A stretch of DNA of 64,000 nt from the NCBI GenBank assembly GCA_902798815.1, contig CADBYH010000003.1, positions 4,431-68,430 on the forward strand. The letters run 5' to 3'. The notes under the pieces were generated by a model. The model saw only the letters and a program-made list of their open reading frames with translations, was not told the DNA's origin and searched no databases. Of the stretch, positions 10,415 through 21,274 are shown piece by piece. This stretch comes from an uncultured Erysipelotrichaceae bacterium (GTDB lineage: Bacteria; Bacillota_I; Bacilli_A; RF39; UBA660). The position numbers and the translations under genes were made by a program. The first letter of the stretch is position 1; the number at the start of each line of letters is the position of its first letter.

Positions 10415-12451
10415 ATGAGAAAGAAAAGAAAGAATTATGATTTAATTATTAATAGAAGAATAGTATTAATAATATGCTTTATTGTCTTGTTTTTTTCTAT
10501 AGTTATTGTTAAAGCAACTAGTGTAATGCTTATTAATAAGAAGGCATATTCTTCATTACTTGATAAGTTGTCTTATTCTGAAGTTAGTGGTTCTAGTAGT
10601 CCTCGTGGAAGAATATTTGATAGAAATTATAATATTATTGTTGATAATAAGTCTTTAAAGACTATTGTGTATCATAAACCTAAAAATACTTCTAATAGGG
10701 ATATGATTAATCTTGCTAGTACTTTGGCAAATCATATTTCTGTTGATTATAATAAATTATCTTTAAGAAATAAAAAAGAGTATTATTGTGCTAAAGAAAA
10801 GAAATATTGTGATAGTTTAGTTACTAAAAAAGAATTAGATAAACTTGAACAAAGAAAGATAAGTCAAAATGATTTATATGAATTGAAAATAAAAAGAATA
10901 GGTGAAGATAAGGTTTCTTTTTCAGATGAGGAAATGAAAGTTGCATATATTTATTATTTAATGAATAAAGGATATGCTTATGATGATAAAATAATTAAAT
11001 CTGATGCTTCTGATAGTGAATATGCATATGTATCTGAAAATAATGAAATATTACCTGGGTTTAATACTAAGATTGATTGGGAAAGAGTTTATCCATATGG
11101 GGATACTTTTAGGTCTTTACTTGGAACTGTTTCTACTTCTACTCAGGGCATACCTGCTGAAGAGAAGGATTATTATTTACAAAAAGGATATAGTTTGAAT
11201 GATAGAGTAGGAATTAGTTATATTGAAAAAGAATATGAAGATTATTTACATGGAGAGAAGGCAAAGTATGAGATTGTTAATTCTCATGAAGCTAAATTAG
11301 TAAAAGATGGTACAAGAGGAAAAGATATTGTTTTAAGTATTGATATTAATCTTCAAAGGGAGATTGAAAATATAGTTTCTGAGTATGTTAGAAATACTAA
11401 AGGGGAAGTTAATACTGAATATTATGATCATTCTTCTGTTGTAATACAAGATCCTAATACTGGGGAAATACTTGCTATGACTAGTAAAAGACTTGTTAAT
11501 GGTAATATTGTTGATAATACTATTAGTATATTAACGTCACCAATAATGCCTGGATCTGTTGTTAAGGGAGCTTCTATATTAGTTGGTTATAATACAGGGG
11601 CAATTCATATCGGTGAAAGAATGTTAGATGAATGTGTAAAAGTCAGTGGGGTAGCTGAAAAATGTTCTTCTGTTGATAATTTAGGTGTTATTGATGATAT
11701 AACAGCTCTTGCTAAAAGTAGTAATGTTTATCAATTTAAAACGGCAATAAGAGTAAATGGACAAGAATATCATAGAGAAATGAAACTTAACTTTAATCAA
11801 AGATCATTTGATATATATAGAGATATGTATCATTCTTTTGGATTAGGTGTTAAAACAGGAATAGATTTACCTATTGAAAGTAATGGTTATACATCAACTG
11901 ATAGGGCAGCAGGTAACTTGCTTGACTTTGTAATGGGACAATATGAAACATATACTCCAATCCAATTGTCTCAGTATATTTCAACAATTGCGAATGGTGG
12001 AAAAAGACTTGAACCACATCTATTAAAAGAAGTACATAAATCAAGTGAAACTGATGAGATTGGTGAAGTTGAAAAGACTTTTGAAACTAAAGTTTTAAAT
12101 ACTATTGATACTCAAGAACAATATATGTCTCGTGTAAGAGAGGGATTTAAAGCTGTAACCAATATGCCTGGAGGATATGGAGTTGGTTATATGGATAGTT
12201 GGATGAGACCAGCTGGTAAAACAGGTACTTCTCAAAGTTTTATTGATACTGATGGAAATGGGGTAATTGATACTGAAACTATTACAAGTTCATTTATTGG
12301 ATATGCTCCATATGATAATCCTAAAATGAGTATTGTTGTTACATCTCCAGATTCATCAAGACCTAATCCAAATTCAGATTATAAAAGTTTAGTTACTTAT
12401 TATTTAACACAAGCTGTTACTAGGAAATATGGTGAAATGTATGGTTATTAA
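10415..12451 (+). CDS. class B penicillin-binding protein (PBP2-type transpeptidase)
   Basis: N-terminal TM anchor, dimerisation region, and the SVVK (SxxK), SSN and KTGT transpeptidase motifs. Start taken at ATG 10415 after a GGGTGAGGA RBS. Confidence 0.8.
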   Translation: MRKKRKNYDLIINRRIVLIICFIVLFFSIVIVKATSVMLINKKAYSSLLDKLSYSEVSGSSSPRGRIFDRNYNIIVDNKSLKTIVYHKPKNTSNRDMINLASTLANHISVDYNKLSLRNKKEYYCAKEKKYCDSLVTKKELDKLEQRKISQNDLYELKIKRIGEDKVSFSDEEMKVAYIYYLMNKGYAYDDKIIKSDASDSEYAYVSENNEILPGFNTKIDWERVYPYGDTFRSLLGTVSTSTQGIPAEEKDYYLQKGYSLNDRVGISYIEKEYEDYLHGEKAKYEIVNSHEAKLVKDGTRGKDIVLSIDINLQREIENIVSEYVRNTKGEVNTEYYDHSSVVIQDPNTGEILAMTSKRLVNGNIVDNTISILTSPIMPGSVVKGASILVGYNTGAIHIGERMLDECVKVSGVAEKCSSVDNLGVIDDITALAKSSNVYQFKTAIRVNGQEYHREMKLNFNQRSFDIYRDMYHSFGLGVKTGIDLPIESNGYTSTDRAAGNLLDFVMGQYETYTPIQLSQYISTIANGGKRLEPHLLKEVHKSSETDEIGEVEKTFETKVLNTIDTQEQYMSRVREGFKAVTNMPGGYGVGYMDSWMRPAGKTGTSQSFIDTDGNGVIDTETITSSFIGYAPYDNPKMSIVVTSPDSSRPNPNSDYKSLVTYYLTQAVTRKYGEMYGY

Positions 12452-12592
12452 TAAGAAATTATTGCGATTGTTTTGATAATGTGATATAATTATGCCATCT
12501 TTGTGGAAATAGTTTATATCAAATATAAAAAATCTTTTGCAAAATAATAAATGTTTGATATAATACCTATAGACGTGTAAGGAGGGAAGAAT

Positions 12593-12757
12593 ATGGCTAA
12601 AGTAGGAAATAGACAATATAAAACTCTAGTATGTAGTGAATGTAAGGAAGAAAATTACAGAGAACCAAGAAATGTAAGAAATACAACTGAACGTCTTGAA
12701 ATGAATAAATACTGTCCTAGATGTAGAAAACACACTGTACATAAAGAAAAGAAATAA
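12593..12757 (+). CDS. rpmG: 50S ribosomal protein L33 (54 aa; absent from the ORF track)
   Basis: My translation gives [54 protein letters not shown], with the C4 zinc ribbon and length of L33. AGGAGGGAAGAAT RBS upstream. Confidence 0.85.
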   Translation: MAKVGNRQYKTLVCSECKEENYREPRNVRNTTERLEMNKYCPRCRKHTVHKEKK

Positions 12758-12798
12758 AATAAGTTAAATGCTTATTTTTTAATTTAGGAGGAAGTAAA

Positions 12799-13356
12799 AT
12801 GATTAGTACAAATGATTTAAAGAATGGTATTACAATTGAATATGAAGGTAATATTTATATAGTAATGGAAACTCAACATGTTAAACCAGGAAAAGGTGCT
12901 GCAATTGTTAAAGCTAAACTTAAGAATTTAAGAACAGGAGCAATCTTTGAACAAACATTTAATGCTGGAGTTAAAGTTGCTACTGCACGTATTGATAAAC
13001 AATTAATGCAATATTTATATAATATGAATGATATTTTCTATTTTATGAATATGGAAAGTTATGAACAATTAGAAATTCCTGCTTCTAAAATTGGTGATCA
13101 AGCAAAGCTTCTAAAAGAAAATCTAGAAGTATATATAACAAGTTATGAAGGAGAAATTTTAGGTATAGATTTACCTGATAAGGTTGAATTAGTTATTACT
13201 CATACTGAACCTGCTGTTAAAGGTAATACTACTACAAATGCTTTAAAAGATGCTGAATGTGAAACAGGTTTAATGGTAAGAGTACCATTATTTATAGAAG
13301 AAGGGGAAACAATTATTGTTTCTACTGCTGATGGAAAATATGTTTCACGTGCATAA
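12799..13356 (+). CDS. efp: elongation factor P
   Basis: Canonical EF-P N-terminus (MISTNDLKNGITIEYEGNIYIVMETQHVKPGKGAAIVKAKLKNLRTG) and 185-aa length. Confidence 0.9.
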   Translation: MISTNDLKNGITIEYEGNIYIVMETQHVKPGKGAAIVKAKLKNLRTGAIFEQTFNAGVKVATARIDKQLMQYLYNMNDIFYFMNMESYEQLEIPASKIGDQAKLLKENLEVYITSYEGEILGIDLPDKVELVITHTEPAVKGNTTTNALKDAECETGLMVRVPLFIEEGETIIVSTADGKYVSRA

Positions 13357-13447
13357 AATGAAAAAATAAGAAGTAGATACTTCTTTTTTTGTTGGAATTG
13401 AAAATAATTATATAAAGTGATATATTAATGATGACACGGGTGAGTTT

Positions 13448-14611
13448 ATGAAAAAAATAAATATAGGGTTATTTATTGATACATTTTATCCTATGATTGA
13501 TGGGGTTATTTTGGTTGTAGATAATTATGCTAAAAGACTTAGTAAATATGCTAATGTATTTGTTTTTGCTCCTAGGATACCACATAAAAGATATGATGAT
13601 TCGGTGTTTAATTATAAAGTGATTAGATGTAGGTCTATGGATGTGTCATTTGTAGATTATTCTTTACCTTTACCTGATTTTGATATTAAATTTAAGAAAG
13701 AATTAGAAAAATGTGATTTAGATATAGTACATATTCATTCTCCTGCAACATTAGGTCGTATAGGTGTTAATTATGCTATTAGACATAATATTCCTGTTGT
13801 TGCGACTATGCATAGTCAATATAAACAGGATTTTATGAGAGTAACTAAATCAAAGTATATTTCTAATAAACTAACTAATAGTATTATTAAATTATTTGAA
13901 AAATGTGATGAATGTTGGACAATGAATAATGAAATAGCTAGAATCTTTCAGGAAGATTATGGTTATAAAAAGCAATTAAAAATTATTAATAATGCTACTG
14001 ATATGGAGTTTTCTAAAGAAAAAGAAAAAACAGATAAGGAACTTAATAAACTATATGGTATAAAAAAGGATGAGTTTGTTTTATTGTTTGTTGGTAGAAT
14101 TAATAAACTTAAAAATATAGATTTAATTATTAATTCTTTGAGAAAAGTAAAATCAAAATATAAGATGTTATTTGTTGGATCTGGACAAGATGAAGATTAT
14201 TTAAAAAATAAGATTAATAAGTATAATTTATCTGATAGAGTTATAATGTGTGGAAGAGTAAAAGATAGAGAAGAACTTACTGCTTATTATGCCAGGGCAG
14301 ATTTGTTTTTATTTCCATCATTTTATGATTCAAATTCATTAGTACAATTGGAAGCGGCATCTCAAAAAACTCCAACTTTGTTTGTAAAGGGATCTGCTAC
14401 TGCTGCTAAAGTTATTGATGATGTAAATGGATTTATAGCAAATAATAATCCAGATAGTTATGCAAATAAAATAGATGAAATATTATCTAATGGTGGATTT
14501 TTAAAAGAAGTAGGAGAAAATGCCTATAATGATTTATATGTTAGATGGGATGATGAGGTTCAAAAGATATATGAATCATATTTAAGAATAATAGAAAGTA
14601 GGGATAAATAA
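13448..14611 (+). CDS. GT4 family glycosyltransferase (glycolipid/cell-envelope synthesis)
   Basis: GT-B fold. C-terminal E-x7-E-like region (FPSFYDSNSLVQLEAASQKTP). Start inside a GGGTGAG RBS context. Confidence 0.75.
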   Translation: MKKINIGLFIDTFYPMIDGVILVVDNYAKRLSKYANVFVFAPRIPHKRYDDSVFNYKVIRCRSMDVSFVDYSLPLPDFDIKFKKELEKCDLDIVHIHSPATLGRIGVNYAIRHNIPVVATMHSQYKQDFMRVTKSKYISNKLTNSIIKLFEKCDECWTMNNEIARIFQEDYGYKKQLKIINNATDMEFSKEKEKTDKELNKLYGIKKDEFVLLFVGRINKLKNIDLIINSLRKVKSKYKMLFVGSGQDEDYLKNKINKYNLSDRVIMCGRVKDREELTAYYARADLFLFPSFYDSNSLVQLEAASQKTPTLFVKGSATAAKVIDDVNGFIANNNPDSYANKIDEILSNGGFLKEVGENAYNDLYVRWDDEVQKIYESYLRIIESRDK

Positions 14612-15450
14612 TGGGTTTATTTACAAAAAAGAGAAAAGATGCTGATTGGATAAAACCAAATGATGCTATACAGGCAATAGTTCCATATATAATGCCAAGA
14701 AGATGTGATGCAGAGGTTTCAAGTACTGTTGATATTGATGTTACTAAGTTAGTCGAATTTGTTGATAAGCAAAATGAAAAAGATTTGGGTTATAAAATGA
14801 CATATTTCCATGCTTTATCTTCTTGTTTTGCTAAAACTGTATATAATAGACCTGCATTGAATAGGTTTGTTAAAAATAAAAGATTGTATCAAAGAAAGAA
14901 AATAACTTTTGCTTTTATTGCTAAAGATAAAATGAGTGATAAAGGAGAAGAAAGAATAATATCTATTGATATAGAACCTAATGATAATGTAATGTCTTAT
15001 AGTAAAAAGGTTGCAGTTGATGTGTTTAAAGTTAGAAAAGAAGGTTCTAATGATATGGATGGAGTATTAAAAGCATTTTCTTCATTACCTAAATGGTTAT
15101 TATCAATAATTGTAAAGTTTGTTTTCTTTTTAGATAATCATGGAATTAATCCTAAAGCAATTACTGAAGGTGATACAAATTACGCTACAATTATTTTAAG
15201 TAACTTAGGTAGTATAAAGACTAATTCCGTATATCATCATCTTAATGAATATGGTACTAATTCAATTGTAATTACTATAGGTACAATAAGAGAAGAAGGA
15301 AATAAAAAATTGGTGGATATTACTGCTACTTTAGATGAGAGAATTGCTGATGGATTTTATTTTGCAAAGTCAATTCAATTAGCAGACTATATAGCAAGAA
15401 ATCCTAAAATATTATTAGAAGATTTTGATACTAAAGTTGAAATAAAATAG
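14611..15450 (+). CDS. 2-oxoacid dehydrogenase E2-type (CAT-like) acyltransferase catalytic domain protein, no lipoyl domains, with a variant active site
   Basis: C-terminal region aligns with the E2 catalytic core: IILSNLGS ~ FTISNLGM, DERIADG ~ DHRxxDG, NPKILLE ~ NPELLL. Start codon overlaps the GT4 stop (TAATG). Confidence 0.55.
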   Translation: MGLFTKKRKDADWIKPNDAIQAIVPYIMPRRCDAEVSSTVDIDVTKLVEFVDKQNEKDLGYKMTYFHALSSCFAKTVYNRPALNRFVKNKRLYQRKKITFAFIAKDKMSDKGEERIISIDIEPNDNVMSYSKKVAVDVFKVRKEGSNDMDGVLKAFSSLPKWLLSIIVKFVFFLDNHGINPKAITEGDTNYATIILSNLGSIKTNSVYHHLNEYGTNSIVITIGTIREEGNKKLVDITATLDERIADGFYFAKSIQLADYIARNPKILLEDFDTKVEIK

Positions 15451-15583
15451 TATATAATTATATACTGTTTTTTTATTATGCAATTATTTGATTATATGTT
15501 TTATCTATGTGTCAAATTTGATTTAATTAATTGCTAATTGTTTTTTATTTGTAGTATAATGTATTTGTAAAGGTAGGGTTGTT

Positions 15584-17851
15584 ATGGCAAAAAGAAAGAG
15601 AAGAAAGACAACTAAAAAGGCTGTTTTAGAAGTAAGAAAAGAAGTATATGCAATACTTTTCATTGTTGCTGCTGTAATTGGTCTTGGTAAACTTGGACCA
15701 GTTGGAAGATGTGTTGCAGCATTTTCATTATTTTTAACAGGTTCTTTTTATATGGTATCTTTAGTTATATTATTAATATTAGGTGTATATATATTTATAA
15801 AAAGTGATTGGCCTGATTTTTTTTCAACTAAGTTTTTAGGTTTCTACTTATTTATAATAGGATTACTTTCATTTATGCATTGGGATTATGTTATTCTTAA
15901 TAATGGTAATGCTAGTGTTATATTTAGAGAGACATTTAATGAATTATCAAAAGCATTTAGTACTTTGGCATCGACTGGTGTTATTTCAGAAAATGTTGCT
16001 GTTGGAGGAGGATTAATTGGAGGAGTATTTGCATTATTATTCTCAAAATTATTCTCTGATTTGGGAATGAAAATTGTTTCAATAACATTTATGGTTGCTG
16101 GTGTATGTTTATTTACAGGATTTTCAATTAGTGAGTTTATTAACAATAGATTATCTGATGTTAAAGATAGACATGAAAAACGTAAAGAGAAGAATAAAGA
16201 TGGGGATGATGATAATCCAATTGAAAATAAAAAGGTTAAAATTAGCAATGGTAATGAAATAGAAGAAGTAGAAAAAACTACTATTAAAAATATTAATGAA
16301 ATTAAAAAAATTAATACGGTAGAGGGTCAAACAAATACTGAGGAAAACAAAACTGAAACTGAGGAAGTTCATCAAAATCATATTAATCCTGCATATCAGT
16401 TGCCTTCATTGGATATTTTAAATAGACCTAAAAATCAGAATAATAAAATGGATAATTCAGCAATTGAAGCAAATATAGAAAAATTAGAAAAAGTTCTTGC
16501 TAGTTTTTCTGTCGTTGCAAAGGTTGTTGAGGTTCATATAGGTCCTACTGTTGCACAATATGAATTGGAAATTGCAAGTGGTACAAGGGTTAATAAAATT
16601 ACTACATTAAGTAGAGAAATTGCTTTAGCGTTATCAAAGAAAGATGTAAGAATAGAAGCTCCAATACCTGGTAAAAGTACAGTTGGAGTAGAGTTTGCAA
16701 ATGATAAACCAACTGCTGTTAGTTTTTATGAGATTATGGCAAGTAAGGTAATGTTACAAAATCAAGATAAGAAACTTATGGTTCCTCTTGGTAAATCAAT
16801 AATGGGGGATATAGGTGTTTGTGAGATTAATAAGATGCCTCATATGTTGATTGCTGGTACTACTGGTTCAGGTAAATCAGTTTGTGTTAATGGTATAATA
16901 TGTTCCATTTTGATGAGAGCAAAACCAGATGAAGTAAAACTTGCTATGGTAGATCCTAAAGTAGTTGAATTATCTGTTTATAATGGAGTTCCTCATTTGG
17001 TGTGTCCTGTTGTTTCTGATCCTAAACAGGCTGCAATATTATTACAAAAAATGGTTCAAGAAATGGAGGATAGATATCATAAGTTTAGTGATACTGGTAC
17101 AAAGAAAATTGAGGGATATAATGAATATGTAGAAAAATATAATAAAAAGAATCCAGATAATAAAATGGATAAAATGCCATTTATAGTTGTTATTATTGAT
17201 GAGTTGTCTGATTTGATGATGGTTGCTGCAAAAGAAGTAGAAGATTCAATACTTAGAATAACACAAAAAGCACGTGCTGCAGGTATTCATTTAATAGTTG
17301 CAACACAAAGACCATCAACTGAAGTTATTACTGGTTTAATTAAAGCAAATATTCCATCTCGTATTGCTTTTGCAGTTGGATCTGGAATAGATTCTCGTAC
17401 AATACTAGATCAAGTAGGTGCAGAAAAATTATTAGGAAAAGGAGATATGTTCTTTTTACCAATAGGACAAAATACTCCTACTCGTGTTCAAGGTTCATAT
17501 ATTACTGATGATGAAATTGCTAAAATTATTAAACATACTAAAGAACAACAACAGGCGCAATATGATGATGCTTTTTCTAATTTAGAAGTTCAAAAACAAG
17601 ATGTTTCTGATGATGCTGATTTAACTCCTAAAGAAGTCGAAGGAGATAAATTATATGATGAAATTACTGATTTTGTTATTAAGACTCAAAAGGCATCAGC
17701 ATCTTTATTACAAAGAAAATTTAAAATTGGATATAATAAGGCAGCAACAATGATTGATAAGTTAGAAGAAGATGGAATAATAGGTCCTGCAACTGGTAAT
17801 TCAAAACCAAGAGAAGTTTTAATTCAGTATAGTGAAAATAGTGATGAATAA
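15584..17851 (+). CDS. ftsK: DNA translocase FtsK/SpoIIIE
   Basis: N-terminal polytopic membrane domain, linker, motor domain with Walker A (GTTGSGKSV) and Walker B (VVIIDELSDL), C-terminal gamma wHTH. Confidence 0.9.
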   Translation: MAKRKRRKTTKKAVLEVRKEVYAILFIVAAVIGLGKLGPVGRCVAAFSLFLTGSFYMVSLVILLILGVYIFIKSDWPDFFSTKFLGFYLFIIGLLSFMHWDYVILNNGNASVIFRETFNELSKAFSTLASTGVISENVAVGGGLIGGVFALLFSKLFSDLGMKIVSITFMVAGVCLFTGFSISEFINNRLSDVKDRHEKRKEKNKDGDDDNPIENKKVKISNGNEIEEVEKTTIKNINEIKKINTVEGQTNTEENKTETEEVHQNHINPAYQLPSLDILNRPKNQNNKMDNSAIEANIEKLEKVLASFSVVAKVVEVHIGPTVAQYELEIASGTRVNKITTLSREIALALSKKDVRIEAPIPGKSTVGVEFANDKPTAVSFYEIMASKVMLQNQDKKLMVPLGKSIMGDIGVCEINKMPHMLIAGTTGSGKSVCVNGIICSILMRAKPDEVKLAMVDPKVVELSVYNGVPHLVCPVVSDPKQAAILLQKMVQEMEDRYHKFSDTGTKKIEGYNEYVEKYNKKNPDNKMDKMPFIVVIIDELSDLMMVAAKEVEDSILRITQKARAAGIHLIVATQRPSTEVITGLIKANIPSRIAFAVGSGIDSRTILDQVGAEKLLGKGDMFFLPIGQNTPTRVQGSYITDDEIAKIIKHTKEQQQAQYDDAFSNLEVQKQDVSDDADLTPKEVEGDKLYDEITDFVIKTQKASASLLQRKFKIGYNKAATMIDKLEEDGIIGPATGNSKPREVLIQYSENSDE

Positions 17852-17917
17852 GAAGGAATATGATAGATATTTCTTTTTTTCTTTGCTATAATAAAATAAA
17901 GAAAGAAGGTTATAATT

Positions 17918-18631
17918 ATGTCAACACCACATATAGGTTGTGAAAAAGGCGATATTGCCAAAACTGTTATTATGCCAGGGGATCCGTTACGTGCAAAATA
18001 TATAGCGCAAAATTTTTTGAAAGATTATAAAGTAGTTAATAAGGTAAGAAATATGCTTGCATACACAGGAACATATAAAGGAAAAGACGTTACTGTTTTT
18101 TCATCTGGAATGGGTATTCCAAGTATAGGTATTTATTCATATGAATTATTTAAGTTTTATGATGTTGAAAAAATAGTAAGAATAGGTACTTGTGGTTCAT
18201 TCAATAAAGATATTAAGTTACTTGATGTAATATTATCAAGTGGAGCATATTGTAAGAGTTACTTTCCAAAATTACTTGATGGTTCTGAAGTTGATTTTGT
18301 TAAATCAAGTGAAGAATTTAATAATATAATAAAAACTAAGGCAGAAAGCATTGGAATACCTTTGAAATACGGTAAAACTATTACTAGTGATGTATTTGAT
18401 TTATATTGTGATGATGAAGATGAATTTAGAAAGAATTTTCCTGATGATAATTTCTTATCAGTTGAAATGGAAGCATTTGGTTTGTTTTTTGTAGCTCAAA
18501 AATTAAAAAAAGAAGCTGCATGTATAATGACTGTTGTTGATTCATTATATGATAAAAGAAGTTTATCTTCAGAAGATAGAGAAAAATCATTGAATGATAT
18601 GATTGAAATTGCACTTGAGTCAATAATTTAA
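17918..18631 (+). CDS. deoD: purine nucleoside phosphorylase, DeoD type
   Basis: MSTPHIGCEKGDIAKTVIMPGDPLRAKYIA... matches the hexameric PNP family. Length 237 aa. Confidence 0.85.
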   Translation: MSTPHIGCEKGDIAKTVIMPGDPLRAKYIAQNFLKDYKVVNKVRNMLAYTGTYKGKDVTVFSSGMGIPSIGIYSYELFKFYDVEKIVRIGTCGSFNKDIKLLDVILSSGAYCKSYFPKLLDGSEVDFVKSSEEFNNIIKTKAESIGIPLKYGKTITSDVFDLYCDDEDEFRKNFPDDNFLSVEMEAFGLFFVAQKLKKEAACIMTVVDSLYDKRSLSSEDREKSLNDMIEIALESII

Positions 18632-18668
18632 TAAAAAATAGGTATACTAATATTAACGAGGTGATAAA

Positions 18669-19931
18669 ATGAAATACATAAAAAAAGATTTAGGTTCATA
18701 TAATCTACATTTGATAAATACTAATAAGTATAAGACAGTTACTATGAAGATTGTTTTTCATAGTCCAATAAAAAAAGAAGATATTACTAAAAGAAATGTT
18801 TTATCAGATATTTTATTACAATCTTGTAAAAAGTATCAATCAAAGAGAGAAATGATTATTGAATCCGAAAACTTATATGCTTTAGATATATATAATAATA
18901 TTCAAAGATATGGAAATTATTCAATGTTTAGTTTTACATTACAAGTATTGAATGATAGATATACAGAGGATGATAATTTAGAAAAATCAATTGAATTTTT
19001 AAGTGAAATATTATGTAATCCAGATATTTCTAATAATGCTTTTAAGAAAGATAAATTATCTATTGTTAAAAATAATACAGAAGTAGTTTTATCATCTTTA
19101 AAGGAAGATCCTGTTGGTTATTCTCAAATGAGACTTTATGAAGCTTTTGATAAGGAAGGACCTATTTCATATAGAATGGCAGGTTATAAAGAAGATTTAT
19201 CTAAAATTACAAAGGAAAATTTATATACATATTATAAAAACATGATTGAGAATGACTATGTTGATATTTTTATTGCTGGTGACTTTGATAATGTAAAGAT
19301 TGTTTCAATCATAAAAAAATATTTTAAATTTAGAAAAATAAAAAAGAGAAAGATAAATTATGAATTGGATATTAGGAAATGTCGTAAGAGAAGACTTTTT
19401 GCTAAAGAAAAATGTGAAGCATCTCAATCTAAATTAGCAATAGCATGTCCAATTAGTAAGATGAGTACTTATGAAAAGAATTATCCATTAGTGCTTGCTA
19501 ATATAATATTTGGTGGTAGTGCTGATTCTAAATTATTTAAAAATGTAAGAGAAAAGAATTCATTATGCTATACTATTAATTCATCTGTTAGTAAGTTAGA
19601 TAATTTAATGACTATAAAGGCAGGTATTGATAAAGATAACTTTAATAAAACAGTTGAGGTTATTACTAAAACCTTAGATGATATGAAGAAGGGTAAGTTT
19701 ACAGATAAAGATATTAATATTGCTAAGGAGTTATATAAATCATATATTATGTCAATAGAAGAAGATCCTATGAGAATAATTAATGAGTATTTATCAATGG
19801 AAATAGTTGATATGGATTCTTATAATGAAAGAATTGAGATAATGGATAAAGTTAAGAAAAGAGATATTATTAAAGTATTTAAAAAAATTAATATGGATAC
19901 AATATTTTTACTAGAAGGTGATATTAAATGA
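18669..19931 (+). CDS. M16 family peptidase-like protein (non-catalytic partner; no HxxEH)
   Basis: M16 fold-like length and architecture but no inverzincin motif. Translationally coupled to the next M16 gene (ATGA overlap). Confidence 0.55.
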   Translation: MKYIKKDLGSYNLHLINTNKYKTVTMKIVFHSPIKKEDITKRNVLSDILLQSCKKYQSKREMIIESENLYALDIYNNIQRYGNYSMFSFTLQVLNDRYTEDDNLEKSIEFLSEILCNPDISNNAFKKDKLSIVKNNTEVVLSSLKEDPVGYSQMRLYEAFDKEGPISYRMAGYKEDLSKITKENLYTYYKNMIENDYVDIFIAGDFDNVKIVSIIKKYFKFRKIKKRKINYELDIRKCRKRRLFAKEKCEASQSKLAIACPISKMSTYEKNYPLVLANIIFGGSADSKLFKNVREKNSLCYTINSSVSKLDNLMTIKAGIDKDNFNKTVEVITKTLDDMKKGKFTDKDINIAKELYKSYIMSIEEDPMRIINEYLSMEIVDMDSYNERIEIMDKVKKRDIIKVFKKINMDTIFLLEGDIK

Positions 19932-21202
19932 AAGAAATAGAATTAACCTCTCTAGATATAAAATTATATACAGAGAAATTAGATAATGGTTTAGAAGTAT
20001 ATATGTTGCCATATAAAGATAAAAAGAAATATTTTATTAGTTATGCAACTAGGTATGGAAGTGATGTATTAAAATTTGATGTAGATGGAGAAGAATATGC
20101 ACCACCTTTAGGAGTTGCTCATTACTTAGAACATAAATTGTTTGAAGAAGAATCTGGTATTGATCCATTTACGTTTTTTTCAGAGAGTGGTACTGATGGA
20201 AATGCATCTACTTCATATGATTATACTCAATATATTTGTTATGGAACAAAGAAATTTGATGAAAATTTAAGATATTTAGTTCAATTTGTTAATAGACCTT
20301 ATTTTACAGATGAAAATGTATTAAAAGAAAAAGGAATAATATCTGAAGAAATTAAAATGTATAATGATATTCCAGATTATAAGTTAGAAATAAAACTTAG
20401 AGAAATGATTTATAATAGTTTATCTAGAAAATATGATATTGCTGGTACTATTGATGAAATTAATAAAATAACAAAAGAAGATTTATATAAGTGTTATAAT
20501 TCATTTTATGTTCCTAATAATATGTTTATTTTAATTGTTGGTAATTTTGATTGTAAATCAGCAATTAATATTATTAAAGAAGAATTAGATTCTAAAATTA
20601 GTGTAAATTTACCTAAAATACATAATGTAAATGAAAATGACAAAGTAAATAAAAAGGAATTGATAATTAAAGAGGATATAGAAGTGCCTAAAATAGGTAT
20701 AGGTTTAAAAGTCCCTTCAAAGAATTTAAAGTTAAATGATGTAGAACTTGATTTATATCTTAATATGATAACTACTATATTATTTGGTTCATCTTCTGAG
20801 TTTAGGGAAAGAGTTAGAGTTGAGGAATTATTGAATGATATTTATTCTGAATGGGAATCTACTGATAATTTTAAGACCTTTTATTTATATGCAACAAGTA
20901 AGTATCCTGATAAATTAGTTGAAGAAATTAATTATGAATTTGATAATTTATCTGTAACAACAACTGCTTTTAATAGAATAAAAAAGGTATGGATTGCTAA
21001 TGAAGTTAAAACAGTTGATAATGTATATAGAATGGAAAATAATGTTTATGATGATATTATTAGTTATGGTAAACCTATTGCTAATAGGGTTGAATTAATA
21101 AGAAATATGGATATTAAAGTATTAAGAAATTTAATAAAGAAAATTAAATTTGATAATAGATGTATTTTAAAAATGTATAGTAAAGATAAAAAGAAATTGT
21201 AA
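19928..21202 (+). CDS. M16 family zinc peptidase (catalytic subunit, HYLEH inverzincin motif)
   Basis: GVAHYLEHKLFEE gives the HxxEH ... E motif. Confidence 0.7.
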   Translation: MKEIELTSLDIKLYTEKLDNGLEVYMLPYKDKKKYFISYATRYGSDVLKFDVDGEEYAPPLGVAHYLEHKLFEEESGIDPFTFFSESGTDGNASTSYDYTQYICYGTKKFDENLRYLVQFVNRPYFTDENVLKEKGIISEEIKMYNDIPDYKLEIKLREMIYNSLSRKYDIAGTIDEINKITKEDLYKCYNSFYVPNNMFILIVGNFDCKSAINIIKEELDSKISVNLPKIHNVNENDKVNKKELIIKEDIEVPKIGIGLKVPSKNLKLNDVELDLYLNMITTILFGSSSEFRERVRVEELLNDIYSEWESTDNFKTFYLYATSKYPDKLVEEINYEFDNLSVTTTAFNRIKKVWIANEVKTVDNVYRMENNVYDDIISYGKPIANRVELIRNMDIKVLRNLIKKIKFDNRCILKMYSKDKKKL

Positions 21203-21274
21203 AATATAATTTCTTTTTATTTGTTTTTATTATATAATTGATTATAGATAAGAATAGGAAAGAGGAGTTTATCT

